DNA of 64,000 nt from Amphiscolops sp. MND2022 (lineage: Eukaryota), in the NCBI GenBank assembly GCA_964187785.1, contig OZ076409.1, positions 82,400,001-82,464,000 on the forward strand, written 5' to 3'. Shown here in pieces: positions 51,580 to 64,000 of this stretch. The position numbers and the translations under genes are program-made. Position 1 is the stretch's first letter. Every line of letters begins with the position of its first letter. The notes under the pieces are model-generated. The model worked only from the letters and a program-made list of their open reading frames with translations, did not search any database and was not told the origin of the DNA.

Positions 51580-54500
51580 CTCACAATCTTACTACTCATG
51601 GGTCATGTTATGAACGACAAACTAGCGTCATCTCTGTCGTGCGATTTGAGAAGCGGTGATTTTATCAGAAGAGTAGTTGCGAAATCAGAGTGTGAAAACA
51701 AAGTGATCGTATCAGTAACACAGCGGGGAAAAATTTTGAATTTACTTTTTCCAATCGACATCGAAATGGGGTTCTACAAGGTTTTTCTTTGAACACTCGG
51801 TTGTTCCTTGGTTCAACAAACTGTTTGTTTTGCCGGCCTGCAGAATAGAAAACGATCCACGAGTCTGAACCAGGAACGAACTGACTGACTGTATAAAAAT
51901 GCTAATACATGATACCTGAAAAACTACTTACTAGAAGACATTGAGTAAGGATCAAAAAAAAGTTTTTTCGTGTGTCTTCGGTTTCATTTTATCCTGCACG
52001 CGATAAGTGCTTCACAATCACAAGATCAAGTGAGCGAGATTTCGGTGATATGAAAAAAACTTTGAAGAAACCGTTAGAAAATATTTTTTTAATGTTTCCT
52101 TCGTTTCAGTCTCTTTGAGATCAGGAAATGGTGAATGAAGACATCAATTAACATTCTAGGTCTAAATGAAAAGATTCCCTTGGAAATTTTATGAATTTTC
52201 ATACGCTTGTTTTTTTAAAACAAAGATGTTGCTTTTTCCGTGAATTTCTTTCTAGCTGATTTTAGAGGCTACCTGAAAGAATGATCGGTGAGCATAATAC
52301 GCGTTATCTGAAGCAGTCACTGAGAGCAGGTTACAATGTAGAGTGTCTTCGAAAAAGCGTCAAAACGACTTTTTTTGGTACAATGTGCCTGAGTTGTCAA
52401 AAGGTTCTAAAACCAGGATATTGCTAACTTTCATGTTTTTTTTCCGGCCGGATAACGCTCCCTTGTAACATTTACGTGAAAGTTTTAGCAACAACAGAGA
52501 ATAATATTGACAATTGAGGCCGAAAAGTAAACCAAACTTTTTAGGATTGAAAGGGTATACAAAAGCCTCTACAAAGCACTTCTGGAATGTCTGAACTCTA
52601 TTACTGAAATACAGCTGAGATGCCATCAAAAGAAACCCAAAGTGTTTTTTTCCATGTTCTCATCTGAGAAAAAATGTTAACTTCAAGGTGCTGTTTGAGA
52701 AGCTTTTGATAACATCGTACGAGTAGCAGAAAATCATGCAATGGTGATAAGGATCTTTCAACAGCATTGAAGTTAAAGAAGAGTGTTCAATCACAAGACT
52801 ACTGATTTGTAGAGCGCATGATACAAAGTCTTTAGAGCGCCCAGTTACAAAAGCGGAACGCATGTTGATTTACACGCAAAATACTGTTGTAACGTTCAGC
52901 AACTGCAGAACCCGAAGAATGGCCCAAGATGAAGAAACTCAGAAGTTTGCATTTATTGCATGTGAATGCAAGTCAACCTCGCAACTCCAAGACTCGCTGA
53001 CACTCACTCCTGATGTTTCTTTAGTCTGTTGTGCTGTTTTTGTGGTTTTCACAGGTATTTGGAGATGTTTGATCCCTATTTGACTTATTTTAGATGTTAT
53101 TCCGATAATATTGTGTACTTTAGCTAAACACTTGTTTTTGGACGTCCCTTAGAGGTATATAGGAAATAGCAGGAACGTTAGTAACCTTAGGGTTCGTTCT
53201 TAGAGGCTTGTGGGACGTGTCTGGACTTTGAGATTGCCGGCACGTCGCCTCGGAGTTCTAACTGAGGAGCCTCTTTAGACGTATGAAAAGTCCCCTTAGG
53301 AAACCATTTTGGGATTAAAAACTAATGTCTAGGTTGTAGTAAGACACTGGTCTCCTGTTCAAGCAATCTAAGCATTGTCCCACTTCTAGGATGTGCGCTG
53401 CTAATTGGACGTTACATATCGTCTGGGGGTGATACCTTGAAACGCATCTAACTTACAAGAACGCGCGAGTGATGGAAGAATGATGAAAGAAACTACCTAG
53501 ATGCAGCACGCTTCAGTTCAAAAAAAAGGTCTTCAAATGTCAGGACTGTCTATGACAAAAAGCTACCAAATTTTTCATTAACGAGTCAACACCAAGTTAC
53601 TCCGTGGCTGCTGCCGGCTCACTAACGGCAAGCAGTAACCGGTCGCAAAACTCATTACTGGAGGTTAAAGAACCAGCGGAAAGAGTATGTCGCCATCGCA
53701 TTAAGTCCATTTTTCCACCCGAGGTTGAAATCCGTCCTGTCATGGAGAAGCTTGCGATTCTCTGGAGTACTCGCCCTGCCATCCCAGTCCGTTACTGCAG
53801 ATAACAACAGGCATCTTTGTTCTGCCCTGACGACGAACTCTCAATTAGCCTTTAGGAATGGGGTTGGTGATAACTAGTGAATTTCCTTTCCGCATGTATG
53901 AAACTAGTAACTCACTGGCTAGGACATCAAAAAACACAAGAAATAAGTCATAAGGTTCATAATTAGGAGTTCATCACTGAAGATAGCAACATGCCAGAGG
54001 TTTGCAAATAGTAGTCTTTATTCAGTCTCCTTCCTAAGGTTGCATTCTTACGTGCTTCTTGTTTTCTTGGTCTCAGAGCGCGTGTGTTGCTCCGCTTTCG
54101 TCAAATTGGGGAACTTGTACCGTGGGCAAGCATACTCGCAGTTCATGTCACTTTCGATGTCCAAGTTCACTTTTGGTCGTTTCGAATATTTCAGACCATT
54201 ATTTGTGACAATGCGGTTAACTAATGCCTGTCAGAGGCTGACCGTACACACTCTTCATCATACACCAAAAAGAATATCGCAATACAATCTTTTTTCCGAA
54301 GGTGTAAACTGTTTGCTACAAAAAAGTGCACCATGTGCTCTTCAACAGGAGTGGCTTAGGGCACACACGTCTTTGGTATTGGAGGTTGGCAGCCCACATT
54401 CTACTCACTGTTTCACAAAGACGTCATTGACCGCGTCTGCATCAGAGGTTTCTTGCATCGGAAGTCCTATTGGATGCCGGTTGTTTTCTGAGGATTGACA

Positions 54501-54809
54501 CTCACTTCCACCAAAAGCAGATGAATCAAATTTACAGCTTTGAATCCACTTGATCGGTGCCCCTTCGTACAGAAGTCCGAACAAGACGCCCGCTCAGCAC
54601 CGGGATATTTTCTGCCTCCATGCCGATCTCCATCCACAACATCACCCATCCACTTCATCAATGAAACTAGAACAGTCAAGTAATTAAAATAGTCAAGTAA
54701 TAAGTGAGGTCGATGAAGAAACTGACAGGCGATTTGGCAGATTTTGGAAAAAAAACGCAACACAGATCATGATTTTCCTCTCCCATTATATGTGGACGGA
54801 TAATAAAAA

Positions 54810-57800
54810 CGTTACGACTTCGGTTAGGGTAGTTAATTTGTACATTTTTGATTATTTTCGTTGCTTTCTTTTGACTTCTCGATGAAAAGATTTTTCAGTT
54901 TGTTGATTTTGAATTGAGGTTCGTAAAGTTATTGTTTTAACAAAACAAAATTGAGCGCAGTATAAGATCGCAGATTGAAATACAAATTGAATGAAAAATT
55001 TTACAAATGCAAGCTATATATACCCTGCTAGCATCATCTGTTCATACCCGCGTATCCTGATTTCCATCGAGATATTAGTCGATTCCTGTAATTTCGCGGC
55101 AAAATTTATTTAGTATTTTAATCTACGTTGACATTTTGTCAAATTTTGTGTTATCTTCATAGTAAGATCGATATTAGTCATCACCCAGTGGCAAATCATT
55201 TCATTCCGGCGTCCCTTATTTCCTCCCAAGCAGGAAGTAGATATTACTTCAGTCTGTCAAACCGGAAAAGTTTGTTTCCCTGTTTTACTGCTTTGGTTCG
55301 CGGGAAATTTGACGCGAAGCTAACGCTGGCGTGAACAACTAATACCTGATTTTGAATTTCAAACTTGGGAAATTATGACTAATTATCTTGATTGGACAGT
55401 TCGGCGATGCTAAGAGAGGGACCTGGTACTGATTTAAATGAAGCTAAACAATTTAACATTTCAACAATCAACAATCTTTTTTCTGATTATTTTTAAGAGC
55501 AACACCCTCGAGCAACAATAAAGGACGACGTGACATCGCCAAACAGCCAAAGGTATTATGAAATTAGGTGATCAAAGCGTATATTTAAAATCCTGCTTAG
55601 ACTGCACTTTAATAACTCAATTTGAAGATTAACTGTGACTCTCCAATTCAAATCGTGTTAAAACACTATTATTTCAAGTTATTCTAAAAAACTATGTCCT
55701 AAATGCCATGTTCCGTTGGAATTCAATCTTAGTCGACGCAATATTGACAAAAAAACATTGATTCTTCAACTTCTATCGTATTAGTTGACGTAGTGTTGAC
55801 CTTGATTCATATTCTAGCTTCGATTAGTTTTACCTTCGTTGTAATTTAATGCTTCTTTTGATTTTAATGCTGCCTGATTTCATAGTTTTGGGACGTAACG
55901 TGGACGTAAATTTGATGTTAGACCTAGTCTGCTACTATAGTGGACGTAACGTGGACGTAAATTTGGAATGGTTTATAGTTAGCTGCCAAATCTGTGACGT
56001 AGCGGCGACGCAAATTTAATCGAATTGGCGAAGCGGTGACGTAGATTAGTTTTAGTTTGTTTCAATTCATTCCAGTCCGGGCGCGGACTGTTACAGGGCG
56101 ACTGTCATGGGACGAATGGATCTCGAGGGGTTGAAGAAAAAGAAGAGAGGATGTTGGGGAAGTATTTTGCTTTCAAATATTTGGGTATCAGATGATTTTG
56201 TTCCCTTTAATCCTAAATGTTGACGTAGTTTCATTCTTTTAGCGGCAACTAGTTTCAATGATGTGCCTCGGTTGTATGTTGCAGGAAAACCATTCAGATT
56301 CTACCGCCATCACTACGTTGGACCGGAAATCTGTGAAGTTATTTCGGGATTCATCAAGTTCTGAATTCATTCATATTTTGGATTTTGATGATCGTAACTG
56401 GTCACAGTTTATTTTAGTATAATATTATAGAGTGATTGTTTTCATGCATGCATGACCACGGCCAAACTGTGCCTCTTGGCAACCACAATCCAGGCCGGGC
56501 GTGGACTGTGACAGGGCCACAGTAAAGTGGTGAAACATTCCCGTGGGCTTGAAATCGGGGTTGAGGTGGACGTTGTAGCTCGTGCCCAGATGATTCTGTT
56601 ACTTTCTCACGATCCTGATAGACTGCCTCGATTCACTGGCTCGTCGAGATGATTCAATTAAGCTCTCGTTTATGGAGGACCAACGGTTCAAAGTATTTCC
56701 TGAAGTTCTGTTGAGGCCATTTTTACGTCCGTCACTTTATATAGAATTGTTTTGACCCTGTTTTTTAATGACAACAAACTTGCGTCTTTGTATTTTTGCT
56801 GTTTTAACCCGTTCATTTGCGACGTTAATCTTGCGTCTTTTTATATGTGCTCTTTTAACCCGTCATTTGCGACGTCAATCTTGTGTCATTATTTTAGGCT
56901 GTTATACTTGGTCATTTTTAGATCCATTTGATCTTAAAAGATCATGATCTGCAAAGGGATAATGAGACTCAGTTTTGTTCTCTGAGAGAGATGTGCGTAT
57001 TAGTGACGCTGACGCTCTGGTTATTCATCAACATCCCTTAGGTTTGTAACATTCCCCGTTCCATTAAGCTTTCGTAATTAATACTTATGACAGAGCGTCT
57101 TTGTCTATCAGTATTTCCACAGCTTACATTTTCTTGACGCGTCTCATTGGGAATGTGTGTTTCAGTAGCTACGCAATTGTCATCTTTCTAACACATATCT
57201 CAGCCTTAGGAAGAGTCTATCTTTTTTATTTCCGGTTGTGAGCTAATTCGCCCGCCTCTGGGGAAAAAGAACACCCCAGAGAGTAAGCTACCCGCTTTTG
57301 GGAACATGGTTTGTTGTAGTCGATGTCCTCGACCAGTGTTGGACTGCATCTGCGAAGGTCCTGACGGGATGATTTTCGTTACTGTAGTTGTCGTGTTTTG
57401 ACTCGTTCATCATTAGTAGGCCGAAACTGGCTTCAAATGCGGTTTGGCTTGTGTTGCACAATTCTCGGGCTTGCGGGTGTGAAGATCGGGAGGGTAGTGG
57501 TGATCGCGTAGGTCTGCATAGGCGCAAGTGCGACTGTGAGGTCCTATTTGAGGTTAATGGGTAGAGATAGACTTTCGGTGTAGGCGGGACTGTCGCGCTT
57601 TGCTGTTAATTTCACTTTGACATTGTTGTTGATTCCAATGCTAAGTCGATGTCTCTCAGAGCTGATTTTTTACTCAACTATAGTGGATTCCAATAGCTTT
57701 TTTTCTCTGCCATATAAGAGGGAGCCTTTCCTTTTGAACATATCAAGGAACTACTTTCATGAAGCTGCGTCTTTCGTTGGTTCAAGGTTCTCACTCTCGA

Positions 57801-59429
57801 GGAGTTCACGTATTCTCTTGAGATATCGGCGGTGAATTAGTGTATGTTCGTCTTCATTTCCAGGGCGAAAAGTTTCCGCGGTGTAGAGGGTCGATGTTTG
57901 GACGGTAGTTTGTCCTGAGGTTTTCTAGTGAACATTTGCTGAGTGTTTCAAAAGTCCTGTCACCATGTTACGACTTCAGTTAGGGTACACAGTTAGATGT
58001 TTTGTACATTTTTGATCATTTTCGTTGGAGGACATTTCTTCTCTTTTGACTTCTTGATGAAACTATTTTCGAGTTTGTTGATTTTGAATTGAGGTTCGTA
58101 AAGTTATTGCTTTAACAAAACAAAGTTGAGCGCAGTATAAGATTGCAGATTGAAATACAAATTGAATGAAAAATTTTACAAATGCAAGCTATATATACCC
58201 TGCTAGCATCATCTGTTCATACCCGCGTCTCCTGATTTCCATCGAGATATTAGACGATTCCTGTAATTTCGCGGCAAATATTTATTTAGTATTTCAATCT
58301 ACGTTGACATTTCGTCAATTTTTGTGTTATCTCCAAAGTTAGATCGATATTAGTCATCACGCAGTGGCAAATCATTTCATTCCGGCGTCCTTTTATTTCC
58401 TTCCAAACAGAAAGTAGATTATTTTTCACTCTGTCAAACCGGAAATATTTGTTTCCCTGTTTTACTGCTTTGGTTCGCGGGAAATTTGACGGAGAGCTAA
58501 CGCTGGCGTGAACAACTAATACCTGATTTTGAATTTCAACTTGGGAAATTATGACTAGTTATCATGATTTGGACGGTTTGGTGATGCTTAGAGAGGGACC
58601 TGGTACTGATTTAAATGAAGCTAAAGAGTTTAACATTTCAACAATCAACAATCTTTTTTCTGAATATTTTTGGGAGCAATACCTTCGAGCAACAATAAAA
58701 AACGACATGACATCGTCAATTAGCCAATGAAATTATGAAAATAGGTAATCAAAGCGTACATTTAAAATCCTGTTAGACTGCAATTTTTTAACTCAATTTG
58801 AAAATAAATTAGGCCTCTCCAACCTGAGTCTTGTTAAAACACTGCTATTTTAAGTTTTTCTGAAAAATCCTGGCCTAGCTACCATATTCCGTTTGAATTC
58901 AATCTTAGTCGACGCACTACTGACGTAGAAATATGTTTTCTCAATTTCTAGTATATTAATTGACGTAGCGTTGACGTACATTCAGAATTAGGCTTGGTTA
59001 GTTAATTTGCGACGTAGTGTTGACGTTGATTCATATTCTAGCGTCGACTAGTTTTACCGTATTATATTAATGCTTCTTTTAAATTTTATGCTGACTAAAA
59101 CGCCTAATTTCATAAATTTGGGACGTAAAATGGACGTAAATTTGATGTTAGACCTAGTCCACTAATATAGTGGATGTAACGTGGATGTAAATTTGATGTT
59201 AGACCTAGTCCGCTATTATAGTGGACGTAACGTGGACGTAAATTTGGAATGATTTATAATTAGCTGCCAAAGCTGTGACGTGGTCGCAACGTGACTTTGG
59301 AATGATTTCAAGCTAGCTGCCATGGCTGTGACCATTCGGCGGCGCAAATTCAATTGTGTTAGCGAAACAGTGACGTTGATTAGTTTCAGTTGTTTTTAAT
59401 TCTATCCAGTCTTGGCGCGGACTGTGACA
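54810..59429 (-). mobile_element. Internally deleted, non-autonomous Gypsy element (element C)
   Basis: Diverged LTRs 54810-56095 and 57966-59429; TSD AAAAA (54805-54809, 59430-59434; low complexity); PBS TGGTGACAGGAC at 57954-57965; 1.87-kb interior. Confidence 0.9.
57300..57870 (-). pseudogene. pol: RT N-terminal remnant in element C
   Basis: PGNEDEH...RHRLSIGINNNVKVKLT...SLPINLK*DLTVALA...NENHPVRTFADAVQH aligns with element A PGNEQEH...RHRLDIGMNTQFKVSLT...NNNHPVSTLSDAAQH. Confidence 0.85.
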
Positions 59430-61862
59430 AAAAAATCAGTTAAGAACCGACTGTCATCGACTCCAATGGGCTTGTCCTGTTCTCCTTCTCTTTGAAGTTT
59501 CAGACTGACGGAAGGGTCTCAAAAAATGATACCAAACCAAACCTTGCCTTTTGTTTAAATTTTGCCTCAGTTTGTTGAAGTAGCTTAGGTACTTGCAACC
59601 AATGATGATCCTTTTGCTTTGATAAGACAAAAAATTTAAATCTAAGATACCAGTAAACAGCGTCTAGAATCACCGTATTTTGATAGAAAAGGATCTAAAA
59701 ACACTGAATTTCCCTGGAACATCGTCTAAAATCTTGAGAGAGTTAGGAACCTTTTGTTGCCGAAGGCTAAGTTTGAGAGTATGGAAATTGTACCACTGGT
59801 TGCACATAATTTTCTTCTGATTGATAGGTGAGCCAGTACTTTTTTTTCAGAATTTCCTCAAATTGAACAATGCAAATTTTGAAAGTTTTGTGAAATTCAT
59901 GCTTTCTGTGTATCATTTTAAGCTGAAATTTGCAAATTTGCTAGAAACTTGTAAATTTAGTGTCAAATTATGCATTTTCTTACAATGGTTTTAGAAAAGG
60001 TGTGAAGTTTTTCAACTAGGGTTATAGCTTCCACTGAACACGACTCTTGCAGAAACAATATAAATGTTTGATAATGCCTTGTCCTTGCCTCTACGAACCT
60101 TCCTGCTTGCTCCACTCAGACTCAAGGGTGAATTCAAATTGGCCGTAAGACATCAGAGTGAAAATTTGCAGGCCAGGGTGGGCAATTATTGCTAGCACTA
60201 ATAGCATCTTCTCTGGTTTGCAAAGTGGAGTATAAGTCTTTTTGTAACGGCAACAGTCGACCCAACGAACATTTACTGGTGTCCAAAATTTTATTCAAAA
60301 AGGACGTGGCATTGTGACCATGTTTCGTTCAAGTACCTGTCAGCGAAAAAGCAGTGCGAAACACATAGCGCCCCCTGCGAGACGACAAGCAAGAGAGACG
60401 AAAGAAACAGCTAGAGAAACGTGTCAGAACACGGTTTTTGCCATAAAAAGAGAGAATATTGTCACTTTTGGTCGCGAAACCCTCTAACCATGATTGCAGC
60501 CTAAAGTATTTGCTGGTGCCCCGTAGGTGCGTCCAGCTCGCGCGCTGGGTGTGCAGACAACCTTACCTTTTACATAGACTGTGTTATCATAATTTGATGT
60601 ACTATTTGGAATTTATTTCATGTTCATAATAATATGCTCGAGAGGTATTGCTGGAATTCGTTATTTCTTGTTTTATCAGATTTGCTGTTCTTGAATTGAT
60701 TTCAGAAATTTAGCAAACCAGTTTTTAAAGGCTATTTCTGCGGTGGTTATGAGGAAACGCATAATGCCCCATACCTAGTAGCAGTAACACACTGGATTCA
60801 GGCCAGACAGCATCCTTAAAGACTGTTCCCACGTAGGGACAGGCCTACCTTAGAGGAAAGTGAGCTGGTTTAAGAAACGGTCTAGGCTATGTTTTGTAGG
60901 CTAGTTTCTCATCTACTGTAGATATCGAGCTATAGCAATGCTTATCGTTACATATGGTCTCACAGAAAACCTGTCCCGAAACTAGCAAAACCACCCTTGT
61001 ACTTCAGCTATTTCCAAAGTTCCCTGGCTCAACCGTCCTGACATTGTTCACCCAGCACCCAGTGATGACTTTCGATGTTTGGCTGTCAATAAGTGTCTAA
61101 GTTGAATCAGTGTTTTCATTGGTTGACCTGAGTTTATCTTCAACCTCTGAAGACGCATTCGCTTTCTTGTTATTGATGGGTTCTTTTGAAGGAAAGGTCT
61201 CAGCAGCGAATGAGTACGCTACATCATGGAGTGTGGGTTTTGATTTCACCACTTGGTCGGGTGTAGGTTGTCAGACCATCAACTGTTGATCAACCAATGT
61301 CCTCGCCAATGTCATTTGGGACCTCTTTAGTGTACCACGTACTGCGTCTTCAGAAGACTTTGAAAAAAAACTCAGGGAATTGAAACTTTTATATTCCACA
61401 TATGGTGTACATTCGCAATAATGGAATGTTTTTCTAGTCAAACGTCATACTACTTTCAGTGTCGCTGGCTGCTCTACCTTACATAAGGTCTTGCTGTCGA
61501 CCTTGTTATCAGTGAAATTGGCGCTAATAGCCTTGCTGTCCAGCTTGGTCCGAACTGCGTGTCACTTTAAAACATGTCCTAGGCAATCGACAATTGCAGT
61601 TTTCAGACACCAGCAACATCTGTCAACGGCTCACAGTTAATGTTTGGTGGAAAACCAAAGAAAAACTTTTGGGAAAACTCTCTTTGAAATTTTTCGCTGC
61701 ATTAGAGTCTCTAGAACAGTGTCGTGATGATAACATACATACTTCGATTTTTTATTATCCGCCCGCATATAATGGGGGAAGAAAATCATAATCCGTGTTG
61801 CGTTTTCTTACCAAATTCGGCCGAATAGCCACAAAAAACTGCTTGTGGAGTAATCTCCATAA

Positions 61863-61980
61863 ACTACTTGACTATTTTATAAGTACTTGACTATTTTTAT
61901 AAGTACTTGACTTTATAAGTACTTGACTTTATAAGTACTTGACTATAAGTACTATAAGTACTTGAGTTTATATAAGTACT
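61863..61980. repeat. Degenerate short tandem repeat (ATAAGTACTTGACT core)
   Basis: About seven units; a related AGTTACTTGACTAT pair lies at 18019-18051. Confidence 0.85.
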
Positions 61981-64000
61981 CGTTCCAGTATGACGTATGC
62001 TCAGAATCTCATTCCCGCATACTGACGTATGCTCATTCTAGTAAATTCCGCATAGTGACACATTTAGTCACTAACATAGAAGAAAAAAAGAAGAAGAATC
62101 TTCTTTTACTAAATTAGTCAAGCAACTAAAATATTCAACTAAAAAGGCGGAAAATATTCCGGTGCTTAGCGGTTGTAACTGTCTATTTTTGTTGAACATT
62201 TTTTGAAGAATTTCGAGCCTGTCGCTGTCAATGAAGTTTGAATCTAATTGTTGAGTTCGGTTGAGAGCATTTATATACTTTGCAGTTATTTTTTTGTTTT
62301 TTTTTGTTTGAAACTCCTTTCAAAATACTTTTTCACAGAACTCATGGGTTACAGTAGTTTTTGTACTTGTTTTTATGGTTACACACCCATTAGACATAAA
62401 AACTGGTGAATCATACAACTTACAAGTTCTCATTTTGTTGCGAAATCATCCAGGTAGAGAACAAAATTTCTGTTTGTATCTGAAGTTTCTGTTCTATTCC
62501 TTAGAGGCTAGCAACGATCAGTGACCTGTCAAATGCGTGATCTTCTGAAAAAACTACGAGTTTCAGTGACTTATATCTGAGAATACTGATACCACAGCAT
62601 TCTATCGATGACCATGGAAGTCCCGTCGGACCAGCGGTTGTCATCATTCGGATTTGAGCTGGCATATTCATAGTTTTCAGTTTTGAATTACGTTGTAGGT
62701 ATTTTCATGGCAATCCAGTTTTTCCAATCTAGAGTTGAAGCAGCGTTCTCTCGAAACCATCTGCTACCGAAAATTTTGATAGAAAGATAATTTTGAAAGC
62801 ATTTTTGATAGCATCCAACATCTACTAATAAAGCTGAAAAGTTCGCTCGTAAAAGTATAAAATAGGCTGATTTTCAGGAAAATCAATTGACACAAAAAAC
62901 CATGGCAATAAAATTTTTCAAACTTTGTTCAGAAATACAAGGTTTTTGTAGTTTGGAAATGAAACAAATTAGCGATTAGCTTATTTTTGACTGTTCCGGA
63001 ACTTATCATTTGACACAAAGTATGTGCAATATTCTTATACAAATTTTGATCAGAAGTACAGGATTGTTTTCGTTTGGAAATCAAACAAAATTGACAGAAC
63101 ATTTAACTTATTTTTGACTGTTCCAAAATGTATCATGCGATATCTGTAAAACCGCAGTTCGTAACAAAAATGTCTTTGGTGCCTTTTATTCAGATCTCTG
63201 TCCTTTGATACATTTCTTCTGCTAACGCCCTCCTTAAAACATTACATCGCGAAATGATCACAGAATGAGCATTCTTCAACATTTACTCCGGAAAACAGAT
63301 TTACGACAGAATTACAATAGTTTTTGTTCACTTTTCAAAAGTATTTTCTTTAAAAGTGTTCTATATAAAAGCTATAGAACGTTGTCAATACAAAAATTAT
63401 CGAGAGAGGTGTTTCTTCTGACCAGTAGTTTTTGAGATTTTGCGTGATAAAGATCTAAAAATTCGACAAAATAAAATATTAGAAAACTTTTTATATTTCA
63501 TTTGATTTGAAAAATATCGTCGTCATTCTGATCAGAACGAATCAAATTAAAAATTTTTGATCCTTAGAAGAAGTTTCTCTCAAAGGCATGTCTTAACAAA
63601 ACATCGCTTTAAAGTTTTCGCTTATGATATTAGCTATCATTAGCTTTTTGGTGACATTGTGCATATTTGAAAAGCAGCTTTTGGATTCGGAAAATACGAC
63701 ACCAAGTATTGTTTTAAAATCATGATTGAAACGCGCTTGTGTTGATGATTTAATTTTGGATACTGGGCTGCAATATTTTATTGTTCCCCGGGATACAAAA
63801 GAGAAGACTGGAATGAAAACAAACGTCATCATCCAAAACTGCTTCGATTGTTTGTCACTGATCACCTGCTAGCTCCATGGCAACCTTTGTGAGGTTAGCA
63901 TGCTTCGCGGTTTTTATGGCACAAACATTCTCAATTTCTTCGCTTTGGTAACACAGCCTATAAACAGAAACAACATTCTACTCAATTCATTGTTTAGTTG

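Noticed and set aside
52600..54770. Possible minus-strand host exons (GTGAGT/GTAAG donors)
   Set aside because: No coherent frame or recognisable domain could be assembled.
1730..59429. All three LTR elements share one orientation (piRNA-cluster-like bias)
   Set aside because: Three elements agree by chance one time in four; small-RNA data would be needed.
59430..64000. Possible decayed coding sequence near 60850-61560 and ORF 63593-63865
   Set aside because: Stops in all long frames and no recognisable motif.

Overview
Eukaryotic, repeat-dense DNA (animal-like; the organism cannot be fixed from sequence alone) made mostly of mobile elements. It holds two full-length, mildly decayed Ty3/Gypsy LTR retrotransposons on the minus strand: element A (1730-17904, 2.2-kb LTRs, TSD GTATC) and element B (35425-51579, 1.5-kb LTRs, TSD CTCAC). 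A third, internally deleted relative is element C (54810-59429, TSD AAAAA). There is also a 15.5-kb, almost fully palindromic Polinton/Maverick-like derivative (19413-34960; AGTAGT termini, 5/6 TSD, ~6.6-kb inverted arms, truncated pPolB). The main observation is the shared layout of A and B, whose LTRs show no visible similarity. Between pol and the 3' LTR, both carry a multi-intron ANTISENSE gene for a zinc-finger protein that looks like a catalytically altered hAT-type transposase, with three intron positions conserved between families. Both also carry a divergently oriented sense ORF with a VIDISSD (phospho-SIM-like) motif that ends inside the 3' LTR. In both, gag starts inside the 5' LTR and reads through the PBS. 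All three families have a hairpin at the U3 tip, no clear PPT, and their own CpG-containing direct-repeat motif. Function (for example sequence-specific anti-silencing) is inference only; no searches were run.
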